Shown: positions 26,897 to 31,986 of the stretch, one piece after another
Numbering within the stretch: position 1 is the stretch's first letter
Layout: each line of letters starts with the position of its first letter
DNA from: an uncultured virus (IMG/VR IMGVR_UViG_3300033149_003138)
Lineage: Duplodnaviria; Heunggongvirae; Uroviricota; Caudoviricetes
IMG/VR virus record: IMGVR_UViG_3300033149_003138
Direction: 5' to 3' (one strand)
Length of the DNA stretch: 31,986 nt
Notes under the pieces: generated by a model
Told to the model about the DNA's origin: nothing
The model's database searches: none
What the model saw: only the letters and a program-made list of their open reading frames with translations
Position numbers and translations under genes: made by a program

Positions 26897-29800
26897 ATGA
26901 AGTCTTCAAAACCACTATTCCTCTTAATGTGCGCACTCCTTTTTTCCCCTCTGCTTTCTGCATATTTTGGTTTCCCCGACATTCCACCTGTAAAGGCAAG
27001 TTGGCTTACAGGGTGGGGATACCGTAAGTCCCTGACTCTGGGAGGGAGTACTGACGGAGACCTCACAGACTTCCTTATTGAGATTGTTGTGCATAGATCA
27101 ACTGGGACAGACAGTGGAAAAAACGTATATGTTGGAAATAATTGTGAGAACGACTTCAGTGACATCCGTTTCACAACGTCAGATGAAACAACCCAATTAG
27201 ATTACCACAGGGTTTCCTACACATCTGGTGTAAGTGGAACCTTCATGGTGGAGGTTAATTCCATTTCAGCAAGCCCCGCTACTACGAAAATATACCTTTA
27301 TTATGGAAATTCGGGGGCATCAACCACCAGTAGTACGGGAGTCTACATGCTCTACGAAGATTTTAGCAGTGGTATTTCTAGCTGGTCGGGTTCGGGAGAT
27401 GCCTTCTCGGTATCTGCGGGAAAGCTCATTACTCCCCACGCAGATGAGGATTACGACTATCTCTACAAGGAGTTTACAAAGAAGTCAAATTCAAAGGTAA
27501 AAGTGAAGTTCACCTTTAGGTCAAATTACGAAAAAAGTATCAGTGGAGGATGGCGACCAAGGGCACCCTGCATAGCACTTGTTCATGGAACAGCTACAGA
27601 TTTTACTCAAGACTCCATACGGATACAGTACCGAAACATTGACAATGTAAAATATTGGCGAGGGGACTTATTCGAAGGCGGGGCTGGGCATACAAGTGAG
27701 CAGACGTATGCTTGGAGTGAAGACACATGGATAACTACCACGGCTGAATACGACGGCTCAACCCTAACCGTGAATAACGATGACGGAGGTACTACGCGAA
27801 CCGTTAATAATGTCCAGACTACCACTTGGAAGTATTTCGCCATTAAAAACAGGCGATCCCAAGGATGGATAGATGATATTAAGATATGGGAAATCGCAAG
27901 CGATATGCCTTCATACGATGGCTGGGGGTCACAAGAATCTGATTCCGATCCAGCCCCCATCAATGAGTCTATTGGGTACAACGAGACAAGAATGGATGAA
28001 CCCTGTCTCTTCTACTCTTACTGGAATCAGACAGGCAGTGCCAACCTAACCTATTCCATACTTGAGTGGGACATCACGGGTTCCTATCAGCAGGTTGCTA
28101 ACATCAGCCTCTCTGGTAACTACAGGTTCAACACATATAACACGGATGGAAGCAACACCACAGCATCAGACACTTTGACCTTAACCGCAAGCCCCGTTCC
28201 AAGTAACCTCAGCATCGGTTATAATGCGACGGAGAAAAACGAGCCATGTCTCTTCTACTCTTACTGGAATCAGACAGGCAGTGCCAACCTAACCTATTCC
28301 ATACTTGAGTGGGACATCACGGGTTCCTATCAGCAGGTTGCTAACATCAGCCTCTCTGGTTTCCAACTAACAGGTCTTCGATAAACTACAGGTTCACGAC
28401 CTACAACACGGATGGAAGCAACACCACAGCATCAGACATAATCACGGTCTCAGAGTATCCACCTACTAATGATGCAGTTGGAAATAATGAAACCAAACCA
28501 AACTATCCATGCCTGTTTTACAGTAAATGGAGTCAAACAGGTGATAGAACCTTAGATAAAGCTAGATTCCAGTGGAATGTTACAGGCTCGTTTCTGGATG
28601 TAGAGACCAAATCTCTAAGTGGAGGCTGGGCTAATTTTACACAGACAATACCTTTCAGTGTTGAAGAATCAACACTTGGTTACAAAGTCATATGTAATAA
28701 CACATTGGGAGAAGAGACCACGGCTACAGGCTCATTTCCAGTATTATCCTCTTCTCCAGTTGAGTCAGATATTGGAACCAATAACACACATTATCCACTA
28801 CCGATCCTGTTCTATGTTGACTGGAGTTCTGCTGGGTCTCTAACAAACAGCACCTTCCACTATAACGCTACAGGATCATGGACAAGCGAATCAGCTACAA
28901 TATCAAATTTAAGAACCAAAATCGTGAAGGAATTTGATTACACTTACGCTGGTGAGACAATATCCTTCTACTTCCGAGTGACAAACAGCTACGGGAACAC
29001 AACCCAATCCTCAACATATAATCTGTCTATGACAGCTAGAAACCTTGTTAAAATTACTTATTACCCTTCAACTATCAATGGTGTGTTTGAAAAATGCAGG
29101 GAATGGATGTTCAGATCAAAAACAACTGGATATTATCATTTATTCTTCAAGGATGAAACACACGTAAACTATGACGCCCACCACATCTTCAGCAAGAATG
29201 GGATAAATTGGGATGACGCTAATAGAACACAGCTAGATGACGTGTTGAACGGGCATATACATATGGACTTTGAAATGTGGTACAACAGCACATCTGATAT
29301 AACCTATTTTGATTCAATATGGACTAAAAACGGGGGCACAGGCGGTCAGCATGAGTTATGGTACGGAAGATGGAGGGAGCATCCTAATGGATCAGTTGCT
29401 CTCCTTAATCCTTTAACTAAAATAGCGTACTGCGACACACAGTATCCAATTCCCCCTGAGAACGAATATTATACTTACGCTGATCTTATGGGAATTTCTT
29501 TGGATGTAACTACGGATGGCTACGCTGTTGTCGAATACTTCTTTGCAACTCCTTACGCTGGGAAAACTTGGTGGAACATTTTAGTTAATGGTAATAGAGA
29601 TGGTACGTGGGTGAACAGTACAACCCTGACGGTACACGACATAGAGGATGGTGGGTACCTATATGCAGGTGACATAAATAACCTTCTCTGGATCGGAGCC
29701 TATCTAAACATATCTGGGGGAGGGCTTTCAGATACAGCCTTCATGCGTCACTCATCAAATGGGGGGGCATCTTGGTCTTCCTTCGTAGACACTGGCATTC

Positions 29801-31011
29801 ATGCTACTGGGGGTTGGGGTGAATCGGTTATGGGCAACCCCAAATGCATAGTTCTTAACAATACCTTCTACGTGATAGCGTCCATTGATGACTCTCCGTA
29901 TCCTTTGAACCTATATCGTATTGACCCTGATAATTCGTGGGCTGTAGAGTCTCTAGGCACTATAAACGCAACAATGTCTAGTGATGACGTAAACACTTTT
30001 CCCATATATGACTCGATTTTCAATAGGCTACTACTGATCTACAAAACAGATGCCTATCGATGGTATTATCTCAATAACAACACGTTTTCAGACGAAGTTA
30101 AGGGCGTTTTATTCACAAAAAACACAGGATCAGTGGTAATGGATTTTGGGACTTATTCACAAAACCCTACAAGAAGACATATAGGAGCTATGGATGAAAA
30201 CGGTATCAGCTTCACTTATTACGAGTTCAACCCAACAGGATCACCACTATCAGCCAACAACGCACCGACAACTTCCTCCGCTAGTTTCACTAACCTCAAT
30301 GACGGTAGATTTATTCTTGCTGGTCTCGAAAAAGAGTATGCTCTTGAGCTAGTTGGCTATGACTCAGATGGGGCATCTGACATTTCAACACATCAATTTG
30401 CTCTTGAACTAATTAACGACAATTGGATTAATGGAACCTATGATGCATCTTCTTTTTCATGCAGTATAACGGCTGGAAGTGAGTATGTAAACATACTCCA
30501 AGTAAGCAGAACCAATAGCAGATTATCTCAGACCGTCACCATAAGCATAAGGTTCGCACCCTCCACACCGTTAACCCCCTTCCTTGACTGTTGGTATCAG
30601 ACAACGGATAGTTCATCAGACGTGTCAGGCTGGACAGAGTACACAGACTTGGCTGAGATAGTTCTTTACGAAGAGGGAGGTGGAGGGGGAGGTGGTGGAG
30701 GCTGGGGTGGTGGAAGCACTCCTTCCTTGCCTATAACACCAAAACAGCCTATAATGATTACTAATGAGCCTGAGATTTTCTCAGAGGAATACCTGATCGA
30801 GGTCAGGAACCCGATAACGAATCAGTACATCAACCTGTTTCCAATTCCGTGGGACTGGACTGAGGCTCAGAAACTTGCTGTTCTCTGGATACTTTTGATC
30901 ATCATACTGTTGTTGGTGGGTGCAATCTACAAGATGTCAAAGGACTCTGCAAAGAAGAGAAGCAAGGAAGAGGCAAAGTATCTTAACCCGATAATCAAGG
31001 TGAAATACTGA
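26897..31011 (+). CDS. Large modular surface glycoprotein 2 with a DUF2341-like domain (about 1400 aa if repaired; one frameshift)
   Basis: Signal peptide; WLTGWGYRKSLTL...DFSDIRFT...IYLYYGN (DUF2341-like); ConA-like region; Ig-like repeats; Asp-boxes SKNGINW and SSNGGASW; Gly linker; C-terminal TM. The frame of 28705-31011 is open back to about 28363. Confidence 0.8.
28064..28117 (+). repeat. 54-nt identical core, copy 3
   Basis: Identical core; shares about 60 extra upstream nt with copy 4. Confidence 0.95.
28307..28360 (+). repeat. 54-nt identical core, copy 4
   Basis: Identical core. Confidence 0.95.
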
Positions 31012-31017
31012 GTCTGG

Positions 31018-31031
31018 GGTAAACCTATAAA
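31018..31031 (+). promoter_or_regulatory. Shared BRE/TATA motif, surface gene 3
   Basis: GGTAAACCTATAAA starts 42 nt before the ATG. Confidence 0.65.
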
Positions 31032-31059
31032 CATATATCAATATATTCTCTTGTCCAAG

Positions 31060-31986
31060 ATGAAGCCACGGAAACTGATCTCCCTTCTATTGCTCGTTGT
31101 ATTGCTTCTACCCAATAGACCGATACAAGTTGTATCAGCCTCAACTGAGAATTTATCGACGTGGACTGAAAGCGACTCACTTGGTAAATTATCTACAACC
31201 TCTGATAGAGTCACTTTCACGAACCTTGAACGAGATGACCCCAGCACTTATTTGTATGACACAAAGACAGGTGAACTAGCAGACTTTGAATTAACCTTCC
31301 AGATGAAAATAACGCACATCGATTCAAGCACAAAGACCGTCAGAATGATGCCTTTGAACATAGGACAAAAAGTAGGACAGGGATTCAGACAAAACTGGTT
31401 AGACGGTGACACCCAAATTGGTTTGCAGATTCGTAGCTGGAGTAGCACATCGACATATACCATACTTCTCGTTGAAACCTATTCAGGTTTAGCATATTCG
31501 GCAGGGGCACAAACGGGCAACTTGAACGTAAACACTCTTTACTATGTGTATATGAAAAAAGATGGAACCTCATTAACATACAAGGTTGACGATAACTCAG
31601 ACTTTTCAAGCCCAATACAAAATGCTGGTCTAACTCTCCACGCCGACCACGACTTGAATTACATCATGTTTCCTCAATCAGTATATAGCTATGCGGGAAC
31701 CGAAAGAATTTCAGGCTATCAAGAATATCTGGATATGGGTGGTGAGGATGCGTTTAGTCCCGTACCTACAAATCTAAGTATAGGTCATAACGCTACCGAG
31801 AAGAACCAGCCCTGTCTTATGCACTCTCAATGGAACCAGACTGGTACTGCTAACCTGACGTATTCATTGCTTGAGTGGGACATCACGGGTTCCTATCAGC
31901 AGGTTGCTAACATCAGCCTCTCTGGTCAGCTTGACTGGGCTAACAGCACCCAGACTCTACCTACTAACAGGTCTTCGATAAACTAC
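31060..31986 (+). CDS. Modular surface glycoprotein 3 (partial; missing from the ORF track)
   Basis: MKPRKLISLLLLVVLLLP... is open for 309 codons to the window end. It has one lectin-like repeat (ENLSTWTESD...LERDD) homologous to those of gene 1, then an intact Ig-like repeat. Confidence 0.88.
   Translation, partial: MKPRKLISLLLLVVLLLPNRPIQVVSASTENLSTWTESDSLGKLSTTSDRVTFTNLERDDPSTYLYDTKTGELADFELTFQMKITHIDSSTKTVRMMPLNIGQKVGQGFRQNWLDGDTQIGLQIRSWSSTSTYTILLVETYSGLAYSAGAQTGNLNVNTLYYVYMKKDGTSLTYKVDDNSDFSSPIQNAGLTLHADHDLNYIMFPQSVYSYAGTERISGYQEYLDMGGEDAFSPVPTNLSIGHNATEKNQPCLMHSQWNQTGTANLTYSLLEWDITGSYQQVANISLSGQLDWANSTQTLPTNRSSINY
31873..31926 (+). repeat. 54-nt identical core, copy 5, followed by the longest (apparently undeleted) continuation
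   Basis: Core followed by CAGCTTGACTGGGCTAACAGCACCCAGACTCTACCTACTAACAGGTCTTCGATAAACTAC. Confidence 0.95.

Larger units (their letters stand above)
1..31986. mobile_element. Fragment of a probable archaeal virus or provirus, likely enveloped and non-tailed
   Basis: Dense small orphan ORFs, tyrosine recombinase, FtsK/HerA/A32-like ATPase, membrane structural module, archaeal promoter and SD signals, and no housekeeping genes. Ends of the element are not visible. Confidence 0.75.

Noticed and set aside
25650..28360. Repeats as a CRISPR array
   Set aside because: They are in-frame parts of a protein module, spaced from hundreds to thousands of nt apart, and no cas genes are present.
31038..31615. 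Short ORFs listed near the window end
   Set aside because: They are explained by the unlisted + strand gene starting at 31060 that runs off the window.
25650..31926. Repeats as a diversity-generating retroelement TR/VR pair
   Set aside because: No reverse transcriptase in the window, the cores are identical, and flank differences are not adenine-specific.

Overview
This window looks like part of an archaeal virus or provirus genome. Evidence: GGAGGTGA Shine-Dalgarno sites, BRE/TATA promoters about 30-40 nt before leaderless ATGs, overlapping small ORFs and sequon-rich membrane glycoproteins. No HK97 capsid, terminase, portal, tail or replication gene was recognised. Layout: (1) 1-9826, a + strand run of small accessory genes (two PD-(D/E)xK-like nucleases, an HExxH membrane peptidase, a DNA methyltransferase, a spermidine-synthase-like methyltransferase, Zn-finger proteins). 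(2) 9827-12278, a control hub with a candidate three-domain structured ncRNA, GTGATCTAG repeat clusters, an HTH regulator, a tyrosine recombinase and a perfect inverted repeat. (3) 12279-17639, a - strand operon ending in an FtsK/HerA/A32-like ATPase that carries an intein. (4) 17730-end, a divergent + strand membrane/structural module with a small two-helix hydrophobic protein, a CPBP intramembrane protease and at least three paralogous modular surface-protein genes. These three genes share a promoter motif and a 54-nt identical core, and the two complete ones share a C-terminal anchor. Four of the five core copies are followed by a different deletion, which is either an assembly artefact or a real recombination hotspot. 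All family calls come from motifs read by eye; no searches were run.
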